Origin: Takakia lepidozioides
Lineage: Eukaryota > Plantae > Bryophyta
Assembly (NCBI GenBank): GCA_030704615.1
Contig: CM060733.1
Location: forward strand, 59,520,001-59,584,000
Length of the DNA: 64,000 nucleotides
Reading direction: 5' to 3'
Shown here one piece after another: positions 28,175-42,837 of this stretch. Below the pieces are notes generated by a model. That model saw nothing but the letters and a program-made list of their open reading frames with translations, was not told where the DNA came from and did no database searches. Both the position numbers and the translations under genes were made by a program. Numbering within the stretch: the first letter of the stretch is position 1; the number at the start of each line of letters is the position of its first letter.

Positions 28175-30334
28175 CACTACAGGAAAAGATGGGCCTTTGC
28201 GACGCCCGAGCCACGCTGCAGCGTCGGGAAAACGCCCTTTTCGGGCATGCGACAGGTGCAGAATTTGCGACGTCCGGCAGTTGCATGGGCGTCGCCAAAA
28301 TGACGTCGCAAAAATGTGACGTATGGGGGTCGCGAGCCCCCGCCCCAACTCCCGCAACTGCCGGACGTCGCTTTTTAGGCCGTCCGCGCCGATGGCAGGG
28401 GCCTCCGTCGAGCGATGTCTTGCCGTCGCGACCCTCCAGCCGACGGCGTTGGTGGGAGCGCCGGCGCGGCGTCGCATCCCTTTTTTTTCTAACCTGCCCG
28501 GGAGTCCCATCCTAAAACCCAAAAACACGTGGTGTAAGCCGGATGGTATGCCAAGCAACGCCAGTGCGTCGCTGCAAGCGACTATTGGGCGTGGCAAAAA
28601 AAACGCCCAGGCATAGGTTTTCGCGACGCTCTGGCGTCGTTTTTTTTTTTAATTTAATAAAAAAAACAGACGTGGCGGGCTCCACGAAGCCAGGGCGTTG
28701 CGGCTTGCGACCCACGGTCCAAAAAAACACGTCGCAGGGGGTGTCGGGCGTTGCCGCCCGCAAATGGGTTTTGCGACGTCAGGCCATCGCGGCTTGCGAC
28801 CCCCGCCCAAAAAACACGTCGCCATTGGCGACGTTCTGCAGTCGCGAGGTCAGCCTGCTGGGGGGGGGGGGGTTTGGGGGTTGATTTTGGGGATGAATTG
28901 GGGGTGGTTTTTTGTTTTTTGCCTGGTTTTGTTTTAGGGGATAGGAAACCTTATAGTTCCATTTCTCTGATTTAGCAGGTACACAATTGAGCAAGCATGA
29001 ATCGAGGGTGAGGACGGTGCGACACATGAATAAGATGGAAGATGGAAATATGGAAATACATTTACAGGAAATGAGCTGAAAAGCTCACAATTGTTCAGTA
29101 GGCTGACCCTGGGACCTACATGGACTAGGACTACTCATCCTCATCCTCATCCTCAGTGGAGGACTCAGAGCTATCGGATGAGCCTGATGACTCGCGCCCT
29201 TTGCCAGAGCACCTAAATGAGGCGGCGTTCCCTTAAGTCCCACAGAGCTCTCATCCAATCCCTGGCCATGACCCCCGACCTCATCCATACTAGTGCCATG
29301 TAGTGCACTCATCCCCCATGTTCTTCATGAGGGATTGCCAACCATGCTCCTTGGCGTAGTTGTACTCTACCGTTTTGATCTTTGACAGCAAGGCCTGTGG
29401 ATTATTAAGCTAGGTTGTAAGTTCTTTTGGCCAAAGAGGATCTGGTTTTTGGTGGTATGTTTTTGGCGGTTTTGGGTGTCTATGGACATGGTGGCCTTGA
29501 AGTTTATGGCGGCAGCCTGGTAGGGTACTTCCCTGCTCCTTTTCAGGCATGCTTTTGATGTGTACTGGATCATAGTAACGTGTTCTTTGCATGTTTTAGC
29601 ATGGAACTCTTGAAGGATGAGGATGGTAAGCTGCAATGGGATCCTACCTATAGTTTTGGCTCTGTCATGACATCAGGCCTATGACCTGCAATCTAGTTTT
29701 TTATATACAAAAGAGGCTGGATCTCGGCTGTTCATGCTGCTTGTTTGTACAAGTCTTGAACCTGCAATTTGACAGGCTGCATTCACATTCCCTTGATACC
29801 CCTTATGATCACATGGCTCGGGGTGAATACAAATGATATGGAATTTATTTCATCTTGCTTAAGTTGGATTGCTTGGTGGCATATTGAGATTCTGACAAAC
29901 TGCAGGCTGGTCCTTATGCCTCGGCTGATACATGACCTGCCATAATTAATGGCTGAAATGGTAGGCTGCTGGTATGTGTACAGGCTGAACCAAGAGGCCT
30001 TGCAGTTTGCACAGGGACAACAATATCTTATCTTGTCCCACACAAGAACAAACCCCGCCCTCCCACCCTGTTTTATCATGACTGATTGGGTGATGTCAAT
30101 TCATGGGAAGCTATGACAAGAATGGAAATGTTAGATGGTGCCCTGTTTTGGGTTGTTTATGTCTTTAATTGACAATGACCCTAGTGGGTCTTGTCCATGT
30201 CTTGACATGACATGAATATTTTCCTTCTCCCTCTCTCTTTTTAACTTTTTCTGCAGAGGGGTCAACTCTGAGGTTAAGAAAACCATGCTTTGTCGCATTA
30301 TTAGACTTGCCTTGGAGTACGGATCTGCAATATG

Positions 30335-30964
30335 GGTTGATAAATCTGACTTAGAGGCTGTAGTGTCCAAATCCATGTCTATTGCCATGAGATTGTCTGA
30401 TGAAAATGAAGTTAGGCAGAAAACTTCCCTGAACTTGTTTCCAGTCAGTGACATGGGGGAGGACATCTTGGATGACCTCAAGGTCTACCCACTCTCGGCA
30501 CTAGACTGAAATTTAAACTCAGGGCAGGAAGCCTACCTTTGAACAACAAACAGAAGCAGAGAGGAAAGGGAGAGTGCAATTGCTCGTTGCGTGGGCAATC
30601 TGAAGACAATACTCATTTTCTGACACACTGTTCGGGGTTCTCTCACCAAAGAGACGCTCTCTTCAAATCTATCAAGGGAATTGTGCCTGTACCTCTATTT
30701 ACCAACTTTGAAAGTCTCAAGGCTGAGCCAAAAGCCCAGGCCCTCCTGAGGCCTAGTTATTGGGCAAATCACACACAGCAGATTGATGCTTGTGTGAAGG
30801 GATTTCTAGAGGATATATGGAAAACCCAGATTAATTATATATATGAGGGTAAGTCTTACTACCAACGTCAGCCCCTGACAGAGGCAGGTTCTGTCCCTTT
30901 TGTTTCCGCTCAAACTGGGCGCGGGGTCAATGGCCACAAGGCTACGGCAAACAACGTCTTATGA
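30335..30964 (+). mobile_element. Non-LTR retrotransposon ORF2 3'-end fragment (CCHC zinc knuckle); further copies at 36630-37285 (+) and 40740-41870 (-, rearranged)
   Basis: TRLKFKLRAGSLPLN...CNC...EDNTHFLTHC...FLEDIWK resembles a LINE C-terminus. Three similar copies are visible. Confidence 0.65.
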
Positions 30965-31073
30965 GTACAATCTTTTTAACTTTTTCTGCACCCTCTCTCC
31001 CTTGTGGTTTGTTTATTTTTGTGAGCAGCAAAAAAAAGAGGGAGAGAGAGAGAGAGAGAGAGAAGATATACAT

Positions 31074-33030
31074 GTCATGTCAAGACATGGACAAGACCAC
31101 TAAAGTCATTGTCATTGAAAGACAAAGCAACCCTTTACAGGGCATCATCTAACAACCCCTTTTACCAACTCATTTGAACATCTTATAACTTTTCAGGGTA
31201 TCTGAAAAAACAGGGTGGGAGGGCGGGATTCCTGGTCATTCATATCCTGAAAGCCCCATAAGTTGACATAAAGCATTCATTTTTTGTTGTTGACACGGGT
31301 CAAGCCTTACATAATCTAGTTCTTGAGCCATTCATCTTCCTAAAACAACATCCTGTGTAGGCGTGAAACTGATCTGTCAGTGCCAAGACACATGCAAGAT
31401 TCATAAAGTAGAAGCGGGGCTAAGTTTTTATCAAGTATATGTAAGCCTGGATAATCATTCCAGGACTTCAAGATCAAAACTCTGCCATAGTATAAGGTAG
31501 GAAGCGCACAGCATCTACCAGCAAGTAGTTCTTGAAAACCAAAATACTGATGGGGTCAGGTCTGAAGGTGCTTCAGTGCCAAGTCATAAGCCAGATTTCT
31601 AACAAAACAAAACATAGGGCTGAGTACCCTTAAGTAGATATGGGCCTGAAGTGGTATTCCAGGGCCTCATGACAAGCTCTGCTAGTTAAAGAAATGAACT
31701 CAGAAACCATTGTCCCCTATCATGCAATGAAATAGTGGTGATATAAGAGCCTTGAAGAATGTTTGTTATCACAAGGTCTATCTTCTGATCCATCAGAGCC
31801 AGGCCATGGTGTTTCATTTCAGAGCTTAGTTTCCATGCTGCCAGAGCTATAGCCGCAGCCATGTACCTTTGTTAAAAACATCCAGAGCTTTCAACAGAGA
31901 TTTTGTTTTCTATGAAGTCCCTTGTGTGTCTTAACTCCAAAATGTATAAAAGTGGTTATCAAGAACCAAAAACAGGGATAAGGAGTAAGAGGTGATCCTC
32001 ATTAGAGCAGACTTGAAGCCGATTTGAGGCAGCAAGATGGCAGATTTGAAACAACAGTTGGTATCAGCAGCTTCAGGCGGTAGCAGCAATCCCTTATGCA
32101 TGAATCAGACTCTGCAAGCTTCAATAATTCAAGACAAGTGAAGACCCTCACCTGTGCCCGTCCCAAAAACCACCACATAGAGATGTGTGTTAGTGAGGAT
32201 GCATCAAGTGAGTGGCAGGTTTTCACAGTTGCTATCCATGTCAGTGTTGAATTCCAAAGCATGTACAAATCGTAATCCAAGCAAGGGTACACTCAAAAAA
32301 AACCTTGAGCGTTTGCGGTATGCCCTGCGCCATGGCGTCCAGTAGATGTCTCCAGCAGAACGCAATCAAAGTAGATAGAGATCAGCTCATACAGAAAGAG
32401 AGCAACATGTAATCTGTGGCTAAGTAGGGGTGGAGTACTTCCCAACGAGGAGTAAGAGCGCCGCTGCGAATTTAACAGAATCATAAATTTCTGAGCAGAG
32501 CGATCACTGCAATGTCGACTGCCAGAGAAGAATCTGTCTATCTGCCATTGCGCATCCCAAAAGCCAGCCATCACGAGTACCATGTAGCCGCAAGGGAGCA
32601 GGTTTACACGGCGCATCATCAAGGATCATAGAAGCACGAGTTCAGTGTTGTGAAATATGTCGGCCCGTTTAGGGCACATCTTCCCGATTTTTCATCCAGG
32701 GTGGATGAAAAATCACATTTTTAAGAGATGCACTTTGTTAATGGATGATATCCCATAAAAAGGTATCTTAGGGTTACGGTATAGGCTTAGGTTTAGTAAC
32801 TGCCATCATTAATGATGGTACAGATTACTACCTCTTGGATTTTTAGAATAGGTCACCAGTATTCATGTATTTCATCCAGTTTAGATGAAAGAAGCAAATA
32901 GTAAATATCAGGGCCAAATGAAATCCAAAAAGTTATAGAGGGAGAGGGAGAGAGGGAGAGAGAGGGAGAGAGAGAGGGAGAGATCAGGAAACCAAAAAAA
33001 AAGAAAATGGGGGGGGGGGAGTGACTGAGC
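31074..33030. repeat. Left arm of a ~2-kb diverged inverted repeat (right arm ~37350-39491); partial third copy ~29700-30215
   Basis: 31074-31280 is the reverse complement of 39285-39491, and 32000-33030 is the reverse complement of 37350-38540. Confidence 0.85.
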
Positions 33031-33849
33031 CAGTGGTGCCCCCCCCCCCCATTTATTTATTTATTTTTCTCTTTGTTGCCCCCTCTCGAGACCCCGAGCA
33101 CTTGCTGCTCTCAGCCCCCAACATGCTTGGTTTTTTTTGTTTTTGATCTGGAATGTAGAGGTTGTTTCCTAATGAGGCCAACTTGTGGGTTTGCATGACA
33201 GGTGCCAGCTTATGGGGAAAGAGAAGAAGTCCCCTGCCCCAAAGAAAGGGGCAGACAATCCGTTTGCTCTGCCGGCACGTGTGACGCGCCAGGGCGTCTC
33301 ATGGTTAACCAGCCCCGTCGACACGCAGCCGGAGGGCTCGTCTGCCCCCGAGGCCAGTACCCCCCCCTCTTGTCCACATCATGGATGCGCCAGGGGCCGG
33401 CTCAGCCAGCTCTCCTATTCGGGAGGTTGTTGCTGATCCGGATGCTCAGTTGAGCACACCCCCGGCCACCAAGACGGGTGAAACGCATGTGCATTAATGA
33501 GGTGGATTCGATGCAACGTATGTGTGTAATTCACTAATTGTTTGGGGGGGGGGGGGTGCATAGGTATCGTGGGATGCACTCATTGCGGGAGAGACTGATG
33601 CCGCAAACAAGGCCAAATTTGACCAGACACGTGAAGCAAAAACAGTCCGCCTTGACAAGCACGAATCCACACACAAGTGGGGGCGCTGGCGGATCCAAGG
33701 GTTTTATCTTGCGATTTGTAAGTTGTACTTCCCTATGGATTTTGTTATGTCTTCTTTCTAGCTCCATCAAGAACTGACTTTAATTTGTGGCATGTGTAGC
33801 AACGCGCGTTTGAGAGGAAGGAAGGTGGCATGATTCAAGATTTGCCAAC

Positions 33850-34520
33850 CTGTGTAATTCCATAAGGTGGTTTGGGTATGGCCCCCTTTTCCATTGCCCT
33901 CCAAATGATCTGTTTGGCACGGTACCTCCTGTCCTTCAAGTTTCGCCCCACCATCTCCATCACCCTTGTGTCACTCCAATTGCCCAGAAACCGGCGGTCT
34001 AATTACTCACGGGCATACGCCCGCTTCGCGCCAAAGTGCTGATCAGCCCACTCGATGTGCAAAGGGAACCACCTCAATGCGAGTTCGAAGGCTGGCTTCT
34101 TCATAGCCTCCCAGAACGCACCGCGGGGGTCACCATGGCGATTCACCTCCACCGGTGGCACCACGATCTTTGCCAACTCCACGTCCTGTATCGCCAAGGG
34201 CATGTTCTTCTTCCCACCCTCTCCTTTCTTTGTAGCCTCCTTCCCCTGCTCCTTTGTTACCCCACTGCCCTCCCCCGCATGCACACTCACCCCTTCCTCT
34301 CCATGGGACTTCTTCTTCTTCTTCTTCTTTTCCTTCCCCTTCCCCGCTACTTCCTCTCTCTCCTTCTCCCTCTCCCTTCTCTCTCTCCTCGGCAGCCCCT
34401 TCATTGATGGTAAAAGGGATCTCCGGAGATCGAGGCCTCTTCTTCTTACCTTTGGTGTTTGGGTCCTTCATGAACACCACGTGCTCTCCCTCATTGGCAA
34501 CCCCACTGGACTGCACCAAT
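33850..34520 (-). pseudogene. Possible CACTA TnpA/ORF2-like remnant
   Basis: An acidic stretch is followed by WEAMKK...WFPLHIEW...LDRRF...VMEMVGRNLKDRRYRAK...PKPPYGIT, with a stop and frameshift. The resemblance is by eye and from context inside the CACTA. Confidence 0.4.
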
Positions 34521-37290
34521 GAGGCTAGTCATGTTGCTGCCTCCTGAAGACAAATAACCCCTCCAAATTCAAAAAAAGAAACAAACAACAAAGAGAATCA
34601 TGCATGCAAAGGAAAGGATAAATCATGGAACAAGGCGTGATAGTTGTACCTTTGCAAGCTTGTCCGACTCGCCCCCGGTGTCACCCGATGTGGCAAGAGT
34701 CCCCGTTGCCGGATGTGCCCGCTCTATCCCCTCCCGAAGCACCACTGGAAGTAGATTCCAGATGTGGAGCATAGCCGACGGCGGCGCCCCGTAGTCCAGG
34801 CCCTTCTTTGCTGACCGCTCAGGCTCAGGGGGCGGTGTCGCTGATCAGCTAGGCTGCTCCAAACCGGCCCATACCTCCTCCTCTCCCCCCCCCCAAATGC
34901 GTATCAGGGTAGAAGCCCTCACCCGGCTTGACTTCTTCGAGGCGCTTCGCTATCTTGGCCACTTCATTGGCCCTCCTCGTCTCCTCCTCCCTCATCAACA
35001 ACAATGGGCTGGCAATGGAGGCTTTCAAAGGCCCTTGAACCTGACGTTGGGCCTTGGCAAGTGCAGCCTTTGCTACGGAGGAAGGGGTCGCTATGGGGGT
35101 GACATCCAAAAGTTACCCATACCGGGCCCCCGAACGGGTGATGTGCTTGCCAAGCCTCAGGAAACAGGCCGGTCAGGCCGAGCTGCGCATCGACGACAGA
35201 ACGACAAAGGCCAGAACGCAGGCTGTAGCATGTCAAGCCACGGGCAGTCGGGTTGAAATCGGGGTTGCAAGCAGCAGCCACCTCACAACGCACAAATCCC
35301 TAGGTCTCCTCAGCCCATATCCCAATCTGCATGCTCAAGAAACTTCAAAGTAGGTGAGGATCCTCACCTGGTCCCATCACAAGCCCCCACAAAAACCAAC
35401 AGGTTAGTGAGGATTGTGGAACCCTAGGTGAATCACAGACCCTCACACTTGTCATCGATGTCAACTAAGAAACTCAAAAGCAAGAGAAAGAGATAAGAAC
35501 ATGAGAATCCCTAAACTCCAAAGGCACCTTAAGCGATTGGGGAAGAGGGTTATGCGCCATCACCACCCGCAGCAAGCCGCCTCCACAAAGCACATAAGCA
35601 ATGAAGCAAAGCAGGCACAATCGCAAGACACTAGAAAGGAGGGAGAGAACTTCCCACCATAAGCATCCTTGCTAAGCACAGAAAAAGCAAGAGGAGGGAA
35701 GATGCCACTGCTTTCATAGCGGTGTTTCCCGCTGCAAGAGAGACAAGGCGCCACCTTCGCGCGCCCCTAGGCGCTCGTCCAGCATGGGTACGACACCACA
35801 AACGGGGCAGCCACCGAAGCACGTCCGCCATAACACTCTCCTCGCGAGCTCAAAAGCACATCGCGTGCTTCTGACAGCGGGAGAGACGACATAGGGTTGT
35901 CCCCCGATTATTCATCTGTGGATGAAAAACAGTAGGATGAATCCGTATACCCTGACGGATTTCATCCGCAACAAGGTTAAAAATAGGTTTTGGGGTAGGG
36001 GTTAGGGTTTCCACCGTAATTAATCATAATTAGGGGTAGTAAAGATCAATTCCAGGCCATAATCACATCATCCATAGACAGATCATTTGTGTCAGGATGA
36101 AAAAGTAGGGAGTATCATCCGTGGCAGCGCCTTACCCCCATCTAGGTAATTCTATCATCCCTCACCAGACCATCCGGTATGGATAAAAAGAGTCAATAAA
36201 AGAGGAATGAAAAATTATCACCCTGGTAGTTTTTCATCCGGTACGGATGGAAAAACAAGATGTTGTTGGCAACCTCCATAGAGGTAATTCTTTTCTTCCA
36301 TGGTGACTCATCCGGTATGGATGAGAGTCAATAAAGGAGGAATGAAAAGGCCAAAAGAACCATCCTAGAGGCAATTCAGTGTCCATCCTGGTGGCTCATC
36401 CGGTATGGATGAAAAAGTCGATAGAGGATGGAAAACAAGAATTCAACACTGATAGCAAACTACCAATTCCCAGTAGGGAGGGAGACAAAGGGAGAGAGGG
36501 GGCAACAATGAAAAAAAATGGGTTGGGGGGGGGGGGAGGTCAGATGGTGGGGTCAGCTGCAGCATATGTCCAACACCAGATATCCTAAGTTAATCGACTT
36601 TATATCTTGGAAACAGGACCACCCACCGACCTGTCAAACAGGCTAAGTCATGGCAGAAGACAGTAGAAGAGATTCTCAAGGACCTGGACCTGGAACCGCA
36701 AGTCTTCACCCTGCTGGATAAATCTGACTTAGAGGCTGTAGTGTCCAACCATGTCTGTTGCCATGAGATTGTCTGATGACAATGAAGTTACGCAAAAAAC
36801 TTCCTTGAACTTGTTTCCAATCAGTGACATGGGGGAGGACATCTTGGATGACCTGAAGGGTCTACCCACTCTCGGCACTAGACTGAAATTTAAACTCAGG
36901 GCAGGAAGCCTACCTTTGAACAGCAAACAGAAGCAGAGATGAAATGGAGAGTGCAATTGCCCGTTGTTTGGGCAATCTGAAGACAGTACTCATTTTTTTG
37001 ATACACTGTCCGGGGTTCTCTCACCAAAGAGATGCTCTCTTCAAATCTATCAAGGGAATTGTGCATATACCTCTGTTTACTAACTTTGAAAAAGTCAAGG
37101 CTGAGCCAAAAGCCCAGCCCCTTCTGAGGCCTAGTTTTTGGGCATCTCACACAGCAGATTGTTGCTTGTGTGAAGGGATTTGTAGAGGATATCTGGAAAA
37201 CCCGGATAATTCTATATGTGAAGGTAAGTCTTACTACCAACGTCAGCCCCTGATAGAGGTAGGATCTGTCCCTTTTGTTTCCCCAAGAGA

Positions 37291-37400
37291 GGGGGCAACA
37301 AAGAAAAAAAAAAAATGTTGGGGGGGGGGGGGAGTGACTGAGCAGCAACAGCTGCTCAGTCACTCCCCCCCCACCTTCTTTTCTTTTCTTTGTTGCTCCC
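37291..37400. repeat. ~110-bp hairpin/foldback; second copy 41166-41280, partial copy ~32990-33085
   Basis: GGGGGCAACAAA-An-Gn-AGTGACTGAGCAG, 6-nt loop, CTGCTCAGTCACT-Cn-Tn-TTGTTGCYCCC. Confidence 0.9.
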
Positions 37401-40400
37401 TGATGTCTCCCTCTCACTCCCTCTCTCTGTCCCTCTCTCTCCCTCTCTGCCTCTCCCTCTATAACTTTTTGGATTTCATCTGGCCTTAACCTTTTTGAGG
37501 CTGGTTATTTAGTTTTTCATCCCAACCTTTTTCATCCAAATTTGGCTGATATTATTATAGGATGATAATATTTAATGTACAGAAAGCTTGGTTTACCATT
37601 TGTTTCTTTCATCTAAACTGGATGAACTACATGAATAATGGTGACCTATTCTAAAATCCAAGAGATAGTAATTTTACCATCATAAATGACGGCAGTTATT
37701 AAACCTAAGCCTATACCATAACCCTAAAAAGATACCTTTTTATGGGATGTCATCCATTGACAAAGTGCATCTCTTGATAAAATGTGACTTTTCAACCACC
37801 CTGGATGAGAAATCAGGAAGCTGTGCCCTAAGCGGGCCGACACATTTCACAGCACAAAACTCGTGCTTCAGTGATCCTTGATGATGCGCCGTATAAACCT
37901 GCTCCCCTGCTGCTACATGGTACTCGTGATGGCTGGCTCTTGGGGTGCGCATTGGCGGATAGGCAGAATCCTCTCTGGCAGACGTCATAGCGATGATCGC
38001 TTTGCTCAGAAACTCATGGTTCTTTTTAATTTGCAGCGGCGCTTTTACTCCTCGTTGGGAAGTACTCCATCCCTATTTATCTACAGATTACATGTTGCTC
38101 TCTTTTTGTATGAGCTATTCTCTATCTGTGAACACTTCTACTTTGATTGCGTTCTGCTGGAGACTATCTGTTGGACGCCATGGCGCAGGGCATACCACAA
38201 ACACTCAAGGTTTTTTGAGTTTACCCTTGCTTGAATTGTGATCTGTACATGCTTTAGAATTCAACACGGACATGGATAGCAACTGTGAAGACCTGTCACT
38301 CACCTGATGCATCCTCACTAAACACACATCTTTATGTGGTGGTTTTTGGGACGGACACAGGTGAGGGTCTTCACTTGTCTTGATTTCTTGAAGCTTGCAG
38401 TTCATATTCTTGCAAAAATGGGTGCTGCTGTAGCCTGCTGCTGAGCCTTTTGCTGCTTCAAAATTGCCAGCATATGAATGCAGACCTGCTTCAACTTGGC
38501 TCCAATGAGGATCTACTTCTGCTCCTTAACCTATTTTTGGTTTCTTGCAACCATATCTACATGGCAGGAGGTAGGGCAGACATGAGACTTCATGTAATAC
38601 AAATCTACCATTTCATTTGCTGGTTCTTTTCCATGTTTCAATGCGGATATAATGTAGCAGTTAATACCTTGGCTGCACTGAAATTCGACTCTAGAATTCA
38701 ACTTCTTGGCTGGTTTTTATGACGGACTGTTGTGCCTTAGTAGACAACACACATTCTGCTAGGCCTTCATTTCAATTTGATTTCATATGGTGGACTGCAA
38801 ACAGGGTTTTTGAATTCTTTTCTACCCTGACAGAGCTGTTTGTAAGGCCCTGGAATACCACTCCAGACTTGTAACTACTTAAAAAGACTCGGCCCTGTTT
38901 TTATGAATCCTGCTTATGTCTTATGTCTTGTAAAATAGACATTCTGGTTATTTATAGACTACCATGTATCTCCTTGTTGGGCTCTTTTTAGACTACAAAC
39001 TGTTTTCTAAAATACCCCATGTGTTCTTTTGGGACAAAAATTGGTAAGCTCTATATGGTCTCTTAACCTACTCCCTATATTGTTCTTGCTTTGCATCTCT
39101 TCTAGCATGCAATAGAAATACCAGATCCAGATTTACCAGTATGGGTTGGCTGGAATATGCTTAAGACAAATATGTCTTGCTGTTTCAATTTCAATTTAAA
39201 GTACTATGTGCTTGACTCTGGAGATTTATCTCCAGACCTGCAATCTAGTTATTGAAATGAGATTACAATCTGCAAAGTATGATGATGAATGTTTTATGTC
39301 AACTCATGGTGCTTTCAGGATATGAATGACCAGGAATCCCGCCCTCCCACCCTGTTTTTTCAGATACCCTGAAAAGTAACGAGATATTCAAATGAGATGG
39401 TAAAAGGGGTTGTTAGATGGTGCCCTGTAAAGGGCTGCATTGTCTTTCAATGACAATGACCTTAGTGGTCTTGTCCATGTCTTGACGTGACTACGATTGT
39501 GCCCGGCAACCTGTATTGGATCAGGTGCAATGGGTGGCTCCTCGCCACGAAAAATGGTCGCTCTAGGGCCACAATCATGTGGTACTACCTCCTCCCCATC
39601 CTCGAGGAGATGGGTCGATGTTTCCTCACCATCGCATCCTAATTAACACACGCCACCAACACTATCATGTCTCAAAAATCGTTGGCGAAAAAACCTTATG
39701 CCTCAGCCTCGGGGCTTTCAAAATTGGTAACCAAAGGCGGAGCAACCCTATGGTGCTAGAGCCCAAGACAATAAATCCTTCCTCTCGTTCTATCTTCAGG
39801 ATGCCCACACCATGGAAAAATTTGTTGAGACCCAACGCTTTGCGATTATCAGATTGAACCACATTTTGGGTATGTGAATCCTAATTGCACCGTTTATCCT
39901 TTTAACCCCAAGACCCCCAACCAAAACCGCCAATCCAAAACCCAGCACCATAAAGAAAAGCAAACACCCTAACCCAGTACCAGTACCATATGAAAATAAA
40001 ATAAAAACTAAGAAACCCAAAAGGCCCTAAACCCTAAACCCAGAAAGGCCGGCTGTCGCCTCCTGCGACACCCTCGCGTCGCATTTGACGACGAGTTTTT
40101 TTATTTTTTTACCTGGGGGTCGCACCCCGCGACGGAAAGCCGTCGCGGAGGGCGACGTGTTTTTATTTATTTATGGGGCCGGGGGTTGCAAGCAACGACG
40201 GCCGGCCGTCACAAATATCATTTTTGCATTTCAAAAAAAAGGCGGGCACAAGCGTGCGACGGCCGGGCGTCGCACGTAGGTGCCGCGCCTTTTTTTTTCC
40301 CTAAGTGCTTGAAGCATCTCTTTCCCCTCCCGTTTTTGTTTGTTCTTTGGAGAGAGGTAATTCAGAGAGTGGGGTTTAGGGTGGAGGAGAAACGCACCTG

Positions 40401-42797
40401 TTGCTGAGCCCGAGGTGGTCGCAAGGCCCTAAGGAGTTTGCCCCAACGCCGCTCCAACGCCCAAGGTAAGCACCGCCTCCTCCCTCACTTTCTATCTTGC
40501 TTTCTTGCCCTAAGCACGGGCTGATGTCTCTCTCCCTTGTGTGGTAGGAACGCCGCGTAGAGGCGCGACCTAACGAGCTGAAGAGAGAGAGAAAGCTGTG
40601 GTGAACGGGGGAGAGACGCCGTGCAGCAACGGGGACCCGCGCCGTTGGCAGCTGCGACAGCACTGCAGCAGCTCACCACGCCAGCTCGCTTCAAGCACCA
40701 GCACCAGCACCAGCAGCCGCAGCAACAGAGGTACGTCAGGGAAATTGCACTCTCTCTTTCCTCTCTACTTCTGTTTACTGTTCAAAGGTAGTCCTCCTGC
40801 CCTGAGTTTAAATTTAGGTTTGGTGCCAAGAGTGGGATAGACCCCTTGAGCGCATCCATGATGTCCTCCCCCCCCGTGTCACAGACTGGAAATAGGTTCA
40901 GGGAAGTTTTCTTCCTAACTTCATTTTCATCGGACAATTTTCTGGTACTCCCAGGGCTTACCCTGTTTGACAGGGCGGTCCTGTTTCCAAGATATAGAGT
41001 CGATTGACTTAGGATATCTGGTGTTGGACATATGTTGCAGCTGAACCCACCATCTGACCTTGAATTTATCTTGTCGGGAGCTTAAAAGATAGCAGCACAG
41101 AAGAGAGGGAGAGAGAGGGAGAGGGACAGAGAGGGACAGAGAGAGGGAGTGAGAGGGAGACATTAGGGGGCAACAAATAAAATAAAAGAAGGTGGGGGGG
41201 GGGGGAGTGACTGAGCAGTTGCTGCTGCTCAGTCACTCCCCCCCCCCCCCATTTTTATTTTTTATTTTCTTGTTGCCCCCCTCTTGGGGAAACAAAAGGG
41301 ACAGATCCTACCTCTGTCAGGGGCTGACGTTGGTAGTAAGACTTACCTTCACATATAGAATTAATCCGGGTTTTCCAGATATCCTCTACAAATCCCTTCA
41401 CACAAGCATCAATTTGATGTGTGTGAGTTGTCCAAAAACTAGGCCTCAAAAGGGGCTGGGCTTTTGGCTCAGCCTCGACTATTTCAAAATTAGTAAACAA
41501 AGTACATGCACAATTCCCTTGATAGATTTGAAGAGAGTGTCTTTTTTGTGAGAGAACCCCGGACAGTGCATCAGAAAATGAATAATGTCTTCAGGTTGCC
41601 CACAGACATGGTTAGACACTACAGCCTCTAAGTCAGATTTATCCAGCAGGGTGAAGACTTGCGGTTCCAGGTCTAGGTCCTTGAGAATCTCTTCTACCGT
41701 CTTCTACCAGGACTTAGCCTGTTTGACAGGTCGGTGGGCGGTCCTGTTTCTAAGATATAGAGTCGATTAACTTAGGATATCTGGTGTTGGACATATGTTG
41801 CAGCTGAACCCACCATCTGACCATGAATTTATCTCGTCGGGAGCTTAAAAGAGAGTAGCACAGACGAGAGGGAAGATATGCATCTTCGGCAATGTTGCTG
41901 GGCTGGTCAATAGTTCTTTTGGTCATCCTAGGAGAACTAGTATGGGACAAGCGAAGTGATGGGCATGAGAGCTTTTGTGGTCATACGTCAGTATACTGTG
42001 AGGGGATGCACATGTTTGTGATACATGTGCTAGTAGGCTATTAGGGCTGGCAGCGAACTATTTGCATCATACGAGTTCTCCCGGGATGATTAGGACCTCC
42101 GATTACAGCGTGAGTGGGATGTGTATGATAGAAATAGGGTTCCTTTGAGACAGGGATCGCGTAGAGGGGCATTGTAGATATTCTCATGATGTACTTTGTA
42201 TACATCCGATTAATCGATTGATGTAAATTTTTTTCTTGTTGCTCATGTGGGTTGCAACTTTGCATATGTAATCTAAACATACTTATGCACATGTGGACCA
42301 AATATGTGCTTGAACCAAGTTGATTCAATGGGTCATTTTAGTGTTGAACGCAGCTACGTGTCATAGAGACGGAAAATTGTGTTTCGCCTGCAGATGACTT
42401 TTTTTTAATTACATTTTCAAGCCATATGCTTAATGATTGCATATGCAATGTGTGTGCAAAATTTGGGAGTAAACAAAAGTCATTTGGACCCATAACCAGA
42501 TTTTGTTTTCTTATTTACACTCCAAAGTTGAATTATCTTCAATTTCATGCACTCTTTATAGAGAGTTCTACAAAAGTGAGCCTAGAAACACACTTATTTT
42601 TTTTCCATTTTTTTTTGGTCCCGTTTTTTGCATGGATGTAGTGGTGCAAAGCCCGATGTCACAGAACAAAATAGAGCTAAAAATAAAATCATTACGCCCC
42701 TCAAAACTGCAATCATATCTAAATGCAAATATTTTATTTTAAAAATAAATTCGATTTAATTCAAAATTGGTGCAAAGGTGAGTGCGTCGTTGGGGAG

Positions 42798-42837
<40 letters not shown>

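Noticed and set aside
28002-28975. Many overlapping Arg/Ala-rich ORFs
   Set aside because: By-products of GC-rich CACTA subterminal repeats.
40024-40041. Interstitial telomere
   Set aside because: Only about two CCCTAAA units, a motif common in plant TEs.
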